Shown one piece after another: positions 1-12,689 of a stretch of 64,000 bases of DNA. This stretch comes from Camelus ferus. Lineage: Eukaryota. A model generated the notes under the pieces. It did no database searches and was not told the DNA's origin. It saw only the letters and a list, made by a program, of their open reading frames with translations. The translations under genes were made by a program, and so were the position numbers. Location of the stretch: positions 40,920,001 to 40,984,000 of the forward strand of contig NC_045711.1 in NCBI RefSeq assembly GCF_009834535.1. The letters run 5' to 3'. Position 1 is the first letter of the stretch. The number at the start of each line of letters is the position of its first letter.

Positions 1-559
1 CATTTCTGCAATGTTATGCCCCTAACGTTGGCATTAGTGATTGTAGTGTTGATGCAGCCTGCCAGTTACGTGGCAGTCTGGTGGTTGCTGAGAGTTTTTT
101 CTGTTATTAGGTATATGGCTTGAACAAGACTTAGATGTTTGTTTCCTAATTGTACTGAAACCTGCCAAGGGAATGGCTAGGTTGGGTTTAATTGGATGTA
201 GATGTCTTGTATCTGAATTGGGTTGGAGCCAGCTGTGTTTGCTGTTTGCTTGTTGCAGATGATTTGATGTATTCCTTCTCCCAGCCCACCAACTAACAGA
301 TAAATACCTTCCCAATATGCCCCCCACCCCAATTTCTGCGTCACGAAAAGCAGGTGTTTTAGACACGGTGGATTGATGTGTGCAGCTGATGTAATATGCC
401 TAAATCTATGCACTATTATGAGGGAGTGCAACTGATTAGTCTCAGAGAAGGGCGAGGCAGAGAGGCCTGGGGAGCATCTTTTTACTGTCGGGCGTCTCGG
501 GATGGCTATTGCTGTGGAAGTCTGAGGCACCCTGGGAGGCACCGCCTGGATAGGGGTCA

Positions 560-1110
560 CTCCTAGTACCCAGGCAGAGCATGGACGGGGGAGCCGGAGA
601 AGGGGCGCGGCAGCATCTGGCCCAGCTGCGGGATGCTGGGCTCCCGGCTTTGAGGTGGGGGCCAGGAGAGAAAGGGGCAGCTCTAACAAAGGGGAGCCGC
701 GCCGGGGCCGGGGCCGCGGGTAGCTGGCCTATCCTGGGCGGCTGACCTCCCAGTGGGCCTCCCCAGTTGGCTGCTTGGTGAGTCGCTCTGTTGGCTTCCT
801 GGCTCGCCATTGGCTGTGCGGACTGGAGGGGGCTAGCGGAGGGCCGGGATGAAGTTGAGGGGGGCGGGGCTGGCTTCCGGCGGCGAAGGGGAGCGAGCGG
901 CAGCCGGCTGGGGGAGGGGGTGTCGGCGCACCGCGGAGTGCTGCGCTCCGAGAGCCTGGCACCCGGAGCAGCCGCCTCCCCCTCCCCCTGCCAAGACCGC
1001 TAGAAACCCCTTCTCATCCATCCTCCCGGGGCTGGGGAGAGGAGGGCTGAGCTGCCCCAGACGGGCGGGGCGGAGCCCGGAGCCCCACCGAGCGCTGCAG
1101 AGCGAACCTC
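560..1110 (+). promoter_or_regulatory. CpG-island promoter, probably of FAM222B
   Basis: GC/CpG-rich block. Inverted CCAAT (ATTGG 809-813), GC box GGGGCGGGGC 861-870, candidate donor AAG|GTGTGT at 1131/1132. Lies upstream of the FAM222B coding exons on the same strand. Confidence 0.7.
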
Positions 1111-1292
1111 ACCTCCCTTCCAGGACTCAAGGTGTGTGTGCTTTTTCTAACGTAACCCCGACTTCATCCGACTTAACCTTGTGAGAAAAGGGGAATAGAA
1201 GGGGAAGTAAGAGCTCCACATCTGATCAGTTTATTTTGATTTTATAATTCTACCCTTCATTCTTCGTTCTCTCCCTTCATCTCACCCTGTAG

Positions 1293-1452
1293 CAGGGTAA
1301 GGAGATTCAGGACTCTTACCTCTTTTTACTGATGTGTCGTTGTCGATCGCGTAGTAAAATGAACAGAGAAGAAAAGAGGGTCCCTTTCTTGTGTGGCATC
1401 TGATGCAGTAAACCGCAAAAAAAAAAAAAAAAAAAAAAAAAAAAGGACTAGG
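1293..1452 (+). other. FAM222B: candidate non-coding 5' exon of FAM222B containing an A28 tract
   Basis: Polypyrimidine tract plus TAG acceptor at 1290-1292; donor TAGG|GTAAGA at 1452/1453; A run 1417-1444. No transcript evidence available. Confidence 0.45.
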
Positions 1453-3506
1453 GTAAGAGTGGATTTTTGGAACTGCACTGCATCCGTGTCCATTAAGGCA
1501 GTCTTCACCATTTTCTTATTTGGGACTGCCTTAATCAGCAAAAACAATCTGAAAAGGAGGGTTGTGCTACTGGAAAGAGGGATCAGCCCCCGTCAAATGG
1601 TAGTTAAAGGGAATCCTGGTAGTTGTTAGAGATTAACTCTGCTAAAGTCTCTCCCCGAGTACAGTGTCACGGGCTTTGTGTAGTACCCTGTTGGAGAAAC
1701 CTAGCTAGAGCAAGCAAACTTACCTTTCCGTTACTGAAACTTAAAAGTCTTATCTGTTTCTCCATCTGTATATTTCTCATTCATATATTCTCAGAGGGAT
1801 TAGTTTCTGTCGTCAAAAAACAAACTTTAAACAAACCCAGATGAATTTTGTTTAATTCGTTTATTTTTTCAAAGTCCCCTCCCCTTATGAATTTCAGTGG
1901 CTGTGTCATTACAATTTATGTTTATCTCTTGAGTTCCTTTGCTTCTACAACCTTGTTTCTGAAGGACAGAGCTCATCTTCAGCCAAAATCAGGAACATCT
2001 TTATAGGTTTTTAATTGAGAGGAAAGTTATCAATTGAAGATAGAAAACCCAAAATTTATAATAGAAATAAAGGGTGTATGTGTGTTTGTGTTGAGTAGCA
2101 GTGTTCTTGGTAAACTTGCTTTAACTGGGAATTTTCACCAGAGGTGTTTGGATCAGGTTTTATCTTAATGTTGATTAGCAAAGAGCTAGAATGCCAGAAG
2201 GGCTGAATATCAGTTTTGGGGCAGGACTTTGGTAAATATTAATTTAAATGATGGAGAGTTCATTCTTGTAATCCAGTACAGTTGTTCTAACTGGAGTTTA
2301 ATTTTGAGGACAAAATTGATATGCTGGAGCTGTTTAACAGTTTAAGCTGGGTTAGTGTTTTTTCTTTGCATTGATTGCATCGGATCTCTTAGCCATTAAG
2401 GAGAAGTTTGGGGTAAAAGCAAGCATTATAAAGAATAGGGATGGTGGAATAGGAAACCATCTCAGTTGTGGAAACTTACTAGGGATTAGGAAATTTATTA
2501 TACTTTTCTTTTTAAATCTCAAGTAGCCTTAGTATAGAGTTGTGCAAAAAAGTAGATTTACAGTAAACCTTTGTTAAATTTTGGGTTTTTAATTGATTAC
2601 CCATTATCCCTTAAAGAGTCTATAAATTATATTTAAATCGAAAGGCAAAGAGGATCCCCAGATGTTGTCTTACCTAACTTGTTACTGAGAATGAACTGTT
2701 AAAAATCACTTTGAAGCTTTGACGGCTAGCTAGTATATAAAATGAAGTGCACTTTGGTGTCTGAACTATACAGTAAGCTGAGAAAGTGACAGAATCGACT
2801 TGGAGACCACATTAAAGTATATACAGCTTCACCTTGCTTCTACCAAAAAAACAAGTTGTCCTCCTGTTTGATATCTAGGTGGTGGTGGTGGTTGTTTGTC
2901 TACCCATGGGTGAGCAGTTAATACAGCTTTATAAAGTTATATTACACTTTGCTAACTTAATTTTTTTATGTTTCTATTTTCTTGACTGTTTTTTGTAACC
3001 TGTATTTTGCATGGTGCAGTGATTTCCCCAAAGAATTTTCCCCAGGAGACAAAATCTATGTGTAGAATTAATCATAGGTGTGTATCTATACTAATCTCCA
3101 AGTATCATTCAGGGGGATGGAAATTCAGATTTGGTCTTCTGCAAGGAAACAGTTCTATGAAGCTATGACTTCCCATAATCTTTTAGGTTGAGGAGACACA
3201 GTGCTGCTGAGGTTAAATTTGCTGATTTAATTTTCTATAGTGATCTGTTTTTATCCATCTGCTTATTTCTGTGAGTCACAGCTTCGAATGTGTTAAGAAA
3301 AAGGGCCCTATGTTCTCTCTAAAGGGAGACTCAAGCCCAATCCCCTATTCACATCAGAAGTATAAAATAGTCCCCTTGAGAAGGTAAAGGAAAAGATTGG
3401 ACCCTTGGCGTTGGTAGATTCTCATGATAATCAGCTTGAGTGTTGTCAGGTTGAATTGGGAAAAGCTTGCTCAAGGTGAGAAAATATTAGAGGCAAAAAG
3501 ACCTGG

Positions 3507-3584
3507 GAATGCTGCAATGTGAGAGACTTATTTAGAGACAATGAATGCTGCAATGTGAGAGACTTATTTAGAGACAATGAATGC
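3507..3584. repeat. perfect 36-bp tandem duplication
   Basis: GAATGCTGCAATGTGAGAGACTTATTTAGAGACAAT at 3507 and 3543, plus partial GAATGC at 3579. Confidence 0.95.
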
Positions 3585-4834
3585 ATTCATATGGAGATGT
3601 GGCTGGTGGTAATTTTCAGTTATCCAGCTTTGTCAATCAGGTGCCTGAGACAATATTTTGTGTGTGTTTAAGCACAACCCCCTTCCTCAGGGATTGACTC
3701 TTAGAAGCTGAATCTTTTGAGGAAGTTATTTGCTATCTGAATCCAGAGGGTAGAGGACTTGGTGGAGTCTGTTATCTGTTTACAGCTCAGATAAGGACAT
3801 GGAATTGATTGCTGGTGAGTTACTGAACTCTTCCTAATGAATGGTTGCTAGGCAAAGTGCATCTCAGTCAGTTTAATCCTCAACAGTTTACAGGTCTGCT
3901 CTTGGTGAGGGCCAGAGCTGTCTTTCTAATAATACTGCCCTTTAAGAATCCTGTTGGATGTGCATATATGTTGCTCAGTGGTTTAAAAAAAAAGGACTAG
4001 AATGACTTAATGTGTCTCACTTCATCCATCTAAAATAACTTAGCTTTTGGTAACCTGGGTCACATTGTCATTAACTTCTCCCCTGGATCAAGTGGTAGGG
4101 TGGAGTTGCTCTCCAATATTAAGATACCACTGTTTGATTATCTTTGGGTTTATAACTAGTAAGGCGGTGAACTAACACATTCATTTTAGAAACAGGCCAA
4201 TGATAACACTGCCCTTGGGCCTGGATGGATGGAAAAATAGGACAGCGTAAACAATTGAGGGCATAAATAATGAATCTTCCAACTGAGCCCTGGGAGAGTG
4301 AAGGAGATTATCCTCAGAGCTGTTCAGTCTGGCAGTGAAAGGGGAAGAGTCCACTGAATTAATTACCTTGACTGTTTTTGATACTGCACTTATTGTGGGA
4401 TTGTTAGGGCCATTCAAAATAGAGTTGCCTTTTAAATGTAAACTTTTAACCCATCTTTTTGTTTGTTTTTTTTGTAAGCCAAGCACCCAAATAGCTCATT
4501 TATTTTTTAAATAAATGGCCTTTGCTTCCTCCCCCAACTTTGTTCTCTGTTAGCATTCTGTGGATACTGGACAGACAGTGCTTTTGTTTGGCCAGATCTT
4601 AGAACTTTGCTTAATTAGGGATTTCATTGTCTGTAAATATATATGATAATAGAAGAGAAAACCTGAGCCTGGTTTAAAGGAATTATTTGGTACCTTGAGT
4701 ACATATTATACCTTGAAATTAAATGTGGCATTGTAGGGTTTAATTATATAACAACTCACAGAAGTCAAGACATAAATTCTTTCAGCCTAAGAATCATTTC
4801 CAATATTAACATTATATTTTTACTTTGGGGTTAG

Positions 4835-4922
4835 TTTTTTTTTTTTTTTTTTTTTAATTTATTTTAATGGTGGTACTTGAGTTTGAACCCAGGACCTTGG
4901 GCATGCTAAGCTATACCCTCCC
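4835..4922 (-). mobile_element. tRNA-derived SINE (Vic-1-like), internally deleted
   Basis: Minus strand reads GGGGAGGGTATAGCT-TAGCATGCCCAAGGTCCTGGGTTCAAA...poly(A). 12-bp TSD GGGGTTAGTTTT at 4827-4838 and 4933-4944. Confidence 0.8.
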
Positions 4923-7609
4923 TGCCCCGGCCGGGGTTAGTTTTCATCCAGTGAATTAAACAAGTGCTTCTCTTAGTGATCTCAGCATTTCTTAGAGGTA
5001 GGGAAAACTGGTGCCTTAGGAATGTCTAAATAACCTAGTAATTTGGTAGTGAAACCAGACCTAGAGCCAAGGTCTCTGAATTCTTCCTTTCTCTGAATTT
5101 CTAATATATTTAATTCTTTTCTCTAAGAACTCTTTTCAGGGTCCCTATTTGAAATGATCTGAAAATTTCCTATCTTTACCCTGAGAAGCTGTTTTTATTT
5201 CTCTAGTCATGAAGAGAATCCAAAGACCAGGATGCCATTATCAATCCCGAGGAGAAAGGTTCAAGATGAGGTGTTGGAGGAATAAAAGATAGAGATGGAA
5301 AGGAAAGGACAAATTGAAGTTTTATTATGTTTGGTGCTGATGGATCCCAGGGAGGGAGCACTCGGCTGATTATATCAAATTTAGTCGTTCACTGAGTTTG
5401 TTACATTTAAACCTACCTGAAAAGGGCAGAGGGCATCTTTACCAACACAGGGGCAGAACTCTAGTTAAGGATTCATTCCTGATCAAAGAATACAGTCAGC
5501 TCTTGACTATTCATGCAGAAGGGCAAACAGGCCAAGTATAGACAAGTAAAATCCAAAGATACTCCTAGGCCACATTTTTAAGCAGTAGGTTTAACTTCCT
5601 CTGCTTTTTAACTGGGATTTTCTAGCTGAACACACTGATTGAAATTTTGGTTTTTTTGGTCATTCAAGAGACAAATAGGTGAGATTACCACAAGCTTGGA
5701 TTATGCTTAGTTTCTTAGTCATCAAAAGTATATAGCTCAATACCGAACCTAGAAAAGTTCAGCTCAGTTTTGTACCCTTGAGACAGTTTGTTTTATTTAA
5801 TATTTTACGACTTGACCCTTGTTACCTAATTATACCAAAGTCCTGTGGAGAATAGGGATTTTCCAGGTAAATCATAGGTAAGCTAGCTCTTGATACTGGC
5901 TTGTCTTCTTTTTTCGTGTTTTCTGGCCACACAGATATGCAAATCATTCATCATACCTGGGGGAGCTGTAGATAGCCAGGCCAAAGAAGAACTATTACCA
6001 AGTGAACCTCTTCTAACACTGGACTGTCTGTGCTCTAATGATGGGAGCTTTGGCTGAAATGAAATCCATTTACACATCAGGTTGTGATTAAAGAAGTACT
6101 ATAAATTATAAATTCAAAGCTGCGGATTTGTTCGTTGGGAAGATGTTATTTGTTTCTCCCTCCTTCTCTCTCTTTTTAGTGGGAAATCAACTGAATATTA
6201 CAGCAGATTTAAAAGGCAAGGTTCCATAGCCAGTCGCTAATTCTTGGCACTCAGCAAAGTGTTTTTGAGGATCAGTTGCTGATCTGAGTGAAAATCAGGT
6301 TTTATTCTGCTTGCAGAATTGAAATGATTTAGACAGCATCCCTGTTGCCTCAGAGGAGAATCATAAACATTACTAGTCACAGCTTAAATTTTTTCTTCCC
6401 TTCCAGAAGCTAAAGTACTTCTTCCATTGGCATTTCATTTATTACTTACTATGTAAAGGATAGGACTTAATCTGTTTTAAAAGGAAGAGGGTATCAAGAC
6501 TATGAGAAGTTAAAGGCAGCTCATCCCGGGTCACAGTATATCAATGGAGGAGTCATATTTCCTGCGTTCCTGAATGGGCCTTCTGTATCACCCAGCTGTT
6601 CATCTGGAAGTGGTTTTACTATTGTGAAGACATTAATTTAGTAGCTGTGAGGGTACTAGTTTGGCTTTCGCTTATCTTATTCTTCCAGAACATCTTTCAT
6701 TCAACAGAAAGTGGAACCAGTGGATTAATGAAGAATCCATATCTTGGTTCTAACCTGTCCTGCCAGGTATTACTGTGCTTTCACTAAAGTGCTTTACCAC
6801 GGATTTTAGTATTTAGGCTGCATTCAATCCCTGTGAGGTATGGTGCAATCAGAGTGTGATATTGTGTTCGAACATTTCCCCAGAGAGACGAAAGGAACCT
6901 TTCCTTTTAAGAAAAGTGCTTCGCCTATTTCCATAGTCTATGACTTAATTAATTTGGAATAAGTTGCTTTTTCAGCAGGTTATGTTTTAATTTCTGCCTC
7001 TTCTTGAAGCTGAACAAATGTCCCAACTGAAATGTGTTGTTTTTATCATTCATAGTATGTTCTGGGGAGATTGTTCCTTAGAGCACCTAGAAGTGAGAAG
7101 CTGATGCCACTTCAGCCTGCACACCATTTTGTAGCTCTCTAAAATCCTTTTCTACCAACTCCCTCTATCCCCTTATCTGACTACATACGCTCCCCTTTCA
7201 GCTCTCCACAACTAGTTAAGAAAGTACCATTGCTCAACCAGGGAAATGCTAGTCTTTATTAAAGTCAGAGTTGCATCCAACAGCAGTCTTTGTGTGTGTG
7301 CTGGTAGGCTTGCATTAATTGGTCGCATTATTGCTTGAAGAGTATTTCACCATTATAGAAACAAAATTCCATTCTTCAACACAAGTTGATAAATTGCTTT
7401 TTATTAAATATGTGAGTGCCTAAGAGTTAAACTTGAAATGAGAAGGGAAAAAGCCTATATTATACTTTAATTGCTAAAAAAAAAAAGACCTGCTATATAA
7501 TTAAAAACTGTATTGTTGCCTTGCACTGAAACTAGCAGATAAACCGTGGAGAAACTACACTCAAGCTATGCTATTTAAAATTGTTGCCCCATTCAATCCT
7601 CAACTTCTT

Positions 7610-7830
7610 ACACTGCTTTATTTGTTTTTTTCATAGCATTTATCACCTTCTAATCGTCTGTGATACTTAACCTATTCATTAACTTTGACCTTCCACTCTA
7701 CCTCATGTGAAAATGGAAGCACCATGAAGACAGGAGCTTTGCCTGTTTTGTTCTTAGATGATGAGTCTCTAGCTCCTGAAGCAGTACCTTGCTACATAGC
7801 AGGTGCTCAATAAATATTGGTGTGAATTAA
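7610..7830 (+). mobile_element. L2 LINE 3' end fragment
   Basis: Ends in ...CATAGCAGGTGCTCAATAAATATT..GAAT, the typical L2 terminus. Boundaries approximate. Confidence 0.65.
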
Positions 7831-8254
7831 TTGGAGGATGTGCTCTCTAATAGGTACCTGGGGATTAGAACTGGAGTGATGGGAAGAGATTATTGTCTTC
7901 CTGCAGCTAGTACTAAATTAGGGATCTGATTACTTAATTAGTTTAAGGGAAATAATATTTATGTGAAAAACTCAGGAATTGGGATTAAAGAAATGACATT
8001 TTATAGTATGCAAATATGAAGAAGCATTATACAAAAATAGATGATTAACTCTTACTCACCTTAAAGAGGGCAAAGGAATAGGCTGAAGTTTCTGAACAAC
8101 AGATATAAGAAATGTGGAAAAATTTGCCGATTTTGAGAATAAACACTGGAACCAGGGACCAAAGAGGGATGGTTTCTAAGAGTGGATTTTCAAGACTGGC
8201 ACCAGGTTGGAGGCAATGGTGAGAAAGAAAAGAGCGCAGAGGCAGGGGTCAGAA

Positions 8255-8420
8255 AATCTGGTTGTAGTCTAGGCATTTACTAGCTTTTCTTGGTTTCTTT
8301 ATCTGTGAAAATGGCACTAATGATATGTGCTCAGACTGTCTCATAGGGCATTTGAGAAAAATCAAGTGAGAGAATCAATGTGAAAATACTTTGAAAATTG
8401 TAACCTTCTCTATAAATGTA
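8255..8420 (+). mobile_element. MIR SINE fragment
   Basis: Core TTTCTTTATCTGTGAAAATGG...TAATGATA and later ATGTGAAAATACTTTGAAAA. Boundaries approximate. Confidence 0.55.
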
Positions 8421-9389
8421 AGCAATTTTTAATGATTTTAGAAAACCACCTATGTAAGTGATTTAGAATCTTGGAATCTAGAAGTTGGATTTAGTGGTCA
8501 TCAAGTCCAGATTCTTAGCTACTGAAAATAAACTCTTTCCATCATTCTTAATGAATGGGTCATTGCTTTTGCTTCAGCATTTCTAATGCTGTGCCACTGC
8601 TGAACAAACTTGAATTATTTATATTCATGTAAAATTGTCTTTCTTCAGACTTTATTAACCTATTTTTGATCGCTGAAGTTCAGAAATAAAGCTACTCTCT
8701 CCTTTGTATGACAGCCCTCTTATGACACCTTTATTTGAGACCGTCATCTCTCACCTCGAAATCACTATAGCCACTTAACTGACTTCTGCCATCTCCCGTT
8801 TGTCTTTCACACTTCCAGCAGATTTATTTAAAATAGACATCTGATCACGTTACTCTTCTTAAAACCTGTTCCTTTTTCTCTTGGTTTCAGGATAAAGTCT
8901 GACATAAGCAAATAATAGTTACAACTACCATCACTGAGCATAGGCACTGTACTAAGCACTTTATGAGTATAATCTCATTTAATCATCACAGTTAGTCTAT
9001 AAGATGTCAAGGTTACTTTTCTGCTGATTTATTTTTAATCTGCTATTCTGTCCTAGTATGAATATAAGGCTCTTCATAATTTAACACATCAGGCTCATCT
9101 CCAGGTTTCACACATACACCCAACACCCTACTCTCCATACCAGACCACTTGTGGTTCCCTAGACATGCAGCTTAGTTTTACAACTGCATGCCTTTCATTA
9201 TGCTAGTGTTCTCCACCTAGAGTGGCCTACTCTTCTCAGTCTGGTAAATTCTTGTTCAGCCTTCAATAACCCATGTTGTTTTCGTCTTTCTTTCTCATTG
9301 TTTCCTGGAAGTATTTTTTTCATTATTTGGGTTTTGAAACAACCCTCCTTCTCTCCCTCCCTTCCTCCTTTCCTTTCCTTCCTTCTTTT

Positions 9390-9478
9390 CCTGAGGTATA
9401 ATTGATTTACAATATTATATTAGTTTCAGGTGTACAACATAATGATTTGATATTTGTATAAATTGTGAAATGATTACA
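9390..9478 (-). mobile_element. L1 3'-end fragment
   Basis: GAGGTATAATTGATTTACAATATTATATTAGTTTCAGGTGTACAACATAATGATT resembles the antisense L1MA-type 3' UTR. Preceded by a (CCTT)-rich tract. Confidence 0.65.
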
Positions 9479-11194
9479 TATCTCAACAGGAATTTTGCCT
9501 GTCATATCTGTATTCCTAATACATAGTACTAACTATTGCCATAGTGCCTGCTACATCATAGGTGCTTAGTAGATGAATGAACAGTATTCCAACTAAGTGT
9601 CCTCTTTTTCAGGTTGAACTTCTGTTTCACTTTACTATTCAGATTACAGTTTCTGGATCCCTCTCTTTTTTTATATCTTGGCTGAGCTTTTCCATATTTC
9701 ACATCAGAAAGTGTTATATTTTAATGACTAGAGGAAGTAAACTGTAACCTTTCAAAATAACTTACGTTGAAAAGGGTTCCAAGTGAACGGGTAGTCCACC
9801 TGCTTTGGAAAAGGTTCAGATTGCATTAATTTCTCCAGCCATGTCCGTCTAGGATAGAGCCAAGGCCACTTAAGGAAAAAATAAGCAGAGGAAGCACTCG
9901 GCACCTGCTTTCTCTTTTACCTTCTGTCTCATCAGGAGGTTACTGCCTCCTGCCCACTTTATATAGGTCATTATAGATATAAAGACCACAATTTTCCCCT
10001 TCTGTAAAACAGAGTGGCTACCTAAGACTCCATAATACCCTTAGGAGTCTTAGCCCCTTGGGCTATAGACAGAGTTGAAAGGCAGAGTCTTATACTAATT
10101 CCAGGGGAAAGGAAACAGTTTTTGTCCAGAACTGAAGACAGATCAGTCAGGGAGCAGGAATCTTTCAGCTCCAAAGTCCATTCAGAAGTGATTTAATCTT
10201 TGGTATTGAAGCAGATCAGCAATGCCTTTTGCCTGTCTAAAAATGAGATTACCCAGGATTCTCTTACAACAAGATAAATTATTTGTGTAACAGTAGCTCT
10301 CGGCCTTGCATAATGTCTCTTCTTACTACCACATGCTAGTGGCACAGGGTGCATCTCATGCATAGAACTAGGGTGTGGAGATCAGATCACATTGCTTTAC
10401 TTAGGGTATCCAGGGGAAATTTAACAGTCCTCAGCAACTCTCAGCCTTAATGGGTTTAGTTATTGTTAAAATTCATCTTTATCAAAGGAAGCATTGGTTA
10501 ATGATTTTTCTCCTGGCCAAACGTGCCTGGGCATTAGCTGAAATTGCTGAGTGATTTGCAGTGGGGAAACCACGAGAGCAATTTCTTGTTTGTCCACAAA
10601 TTATCATTAGCAGTTTCGTGTGCAGATTGAAGGAGCAGGAGGAGTGGGCTCTTCGCCAGTTGAAGCTTCCCTCTGACTAGGGCATTAGTTCAATTATGTC
10701 CAATTAACTTTTATTGCAGACAGTGGTGATAATTACTTGCAGGTCAGTTTTTTTGGGTGCAGTTATCCTAAGACTGAAGTATGAACTTGATAGATTTTTA
10801 ATAACCAGAATGACACATTTCACTCCCTCCTTCCACTGCAGTTACTTCTTTTTTCAGACCTCTTTTAGATGGGAGGTCAAAGCATTGTAAAACTCCATCT
10901 CACAATTAAAACATACTGCCCTTCTTTTGAAGAGCTGTGTAGGCTCATATTTTAAAAGAATCTATTAAGAGCAGCCTTAATGGCTTTTTATATTCTGAGA
11001 TCATCCCCTTGAGTTAGTTGCTGCTTATCATGGGAGGCTAGACTGAGATGGAGCTTAATGTTATTCACAGTAATATGTGCTTATTGTAAGATAATAGTAA
11101 TTGGTAAGGTGCAGTTTAGTCCTCTGCTTGCATTGGAAAGTCTCTTCAAAGTACTAAAGAAAACTTTGTTTTGGGCTTTTTTTTTTTTTTCAGC

Positions 11195-11338
11195 ACTAGC
11201 CTTTTTATTGTAATAAAAAATATGTAACACAAAATTTGCCATTTTAACCATTTTTAAGTGTGCAGTGGAGTAACATTAATTATGTTCACAATGTTGTGCA
11301 ACTATCACCACTATTTATATATAAAACCCTTTCATTAC
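11195..11338 (-). mobile_element. L1 (L1MA/MB-type) 3'-end fragment
   Basis: AAAATTTGCCATTTTAACCATTTTTAAGTG...TTCACAATGTTGTGCAACTATCACCACTA motif. Confidence 0.7.
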
Positions 11339-12689
11339 CTGTTTTGGGCGTTTTTAAAATCAGTAGGACACTGAGGACATGTTTCTTTGATTTTAACAGG
11401 AGGTTGCATAATACCTTTAGAAACAGTCCTTTCTAGGTAGAGAAAGAGGAAAGAAAGAAAAGGAAATCGTTTTTCTCTGAAGATGATGAAGTCCCTTAGC
11501 CATTTCCTGTTACCTGTTGTTTGATGGTTACCCTGAAAAGTAAATGGGCTTGTAAGCAAAATTTTCTCTCTTTAACATGCAAAGACTGAAGTTGATTCCA
11601 GCCGAGGCTGTTCCTAGAGCTCCAGGTGTCTTGCTCTGCTTTCATTTTGGATGTTGTTGCTCACCTTAATGTCCTTTGTTGCTAGGCTCTCTTCCCAAGG
11701 GCAGGTCAGTCTCCTGAGTTATCTTCATGGGTGTGGCTGCATAAAAATTTTGTTGAGAATAAGTTGCCAAGGAGTATGGCAATGCATTTTAAGAGTCTGT
11801 TTTTGTTAGCGGTTGTTTATAAAGGAAGAAAGTTCATGGCTGCTTGGAGACAGGTTATAATACAGTTATCCCTCCTCCAAAACTTCCATGATCACCCTAA
11901 ATAGGAAAGATGAGGAAAGGATGAGATAAACATCATCCTTGTACTACTTCACAGCTCTTCATTGATTGTTACTCAGAACCTTTCTGCTGTAGAATTACCA
12001 AGACCCTGCCCGTCAGCTGCTGTTGGTGTGAAAGTGGAGAAGCTAGTTATAGTTGCTAGATTTCAGGAAGTCTGGAGATAAAGCTTATGATGTCATTTGA
12101 AACTTTTTATGTAGTGGGAGGAAAGAGTCAAAACTCTGTTACACTCCAGAAGATATAACAAGCCTTTCCCTTAGAGCATGGAGGTTTGTGGGGCACTTGC
12201 TGAGGTTCAGGGTATGTGTTTAGAAGGAAAGGCCTTGAAAAAACACTTTTTAAAACATGAAAATGAACTTGATGAAGATGTTAGTGAATGTCAGGCCTGA
12301 AGTAAGGAGGGTGGTTAATAGCACCTCCTTCAGGAAAGACGTTTCCTTTTTGGAACCTTTCTAAAGGTGAAATTCTCCATCTTTAGGGTAAGAGGGTTGA
12401 ATGCCACTTAGTGGAAGCATTGCCTAAACAGAGTGGAGGTTGGGAGAGAATTTAAAGTATAGACGCTGGAGAAAATGTTATTCAGATAAGTGTTGAAAAG
12501 AAATTGGAAGTTGATGAGGCAGAAAGATACAGGAAGCCTATTCCAAATGGCAAGAACCCCAGTGTCAGCAGTCACCAATTCAGAGATAAGTCACCTGCAT
12601 TAAGATAAAATGAGGATGGTTTCCAACAGACCACTCGCTTCAACTCTTGTTTATGATCTCCACCCCTTTCAGATTTCAACACTGCTACC

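Noticed and set aside
3844-3856. X-box-like GTTGCTAGGCAAA in FAM222B intron 1
   Set aside because: Terminal mismatch, isolated, no supporting context.
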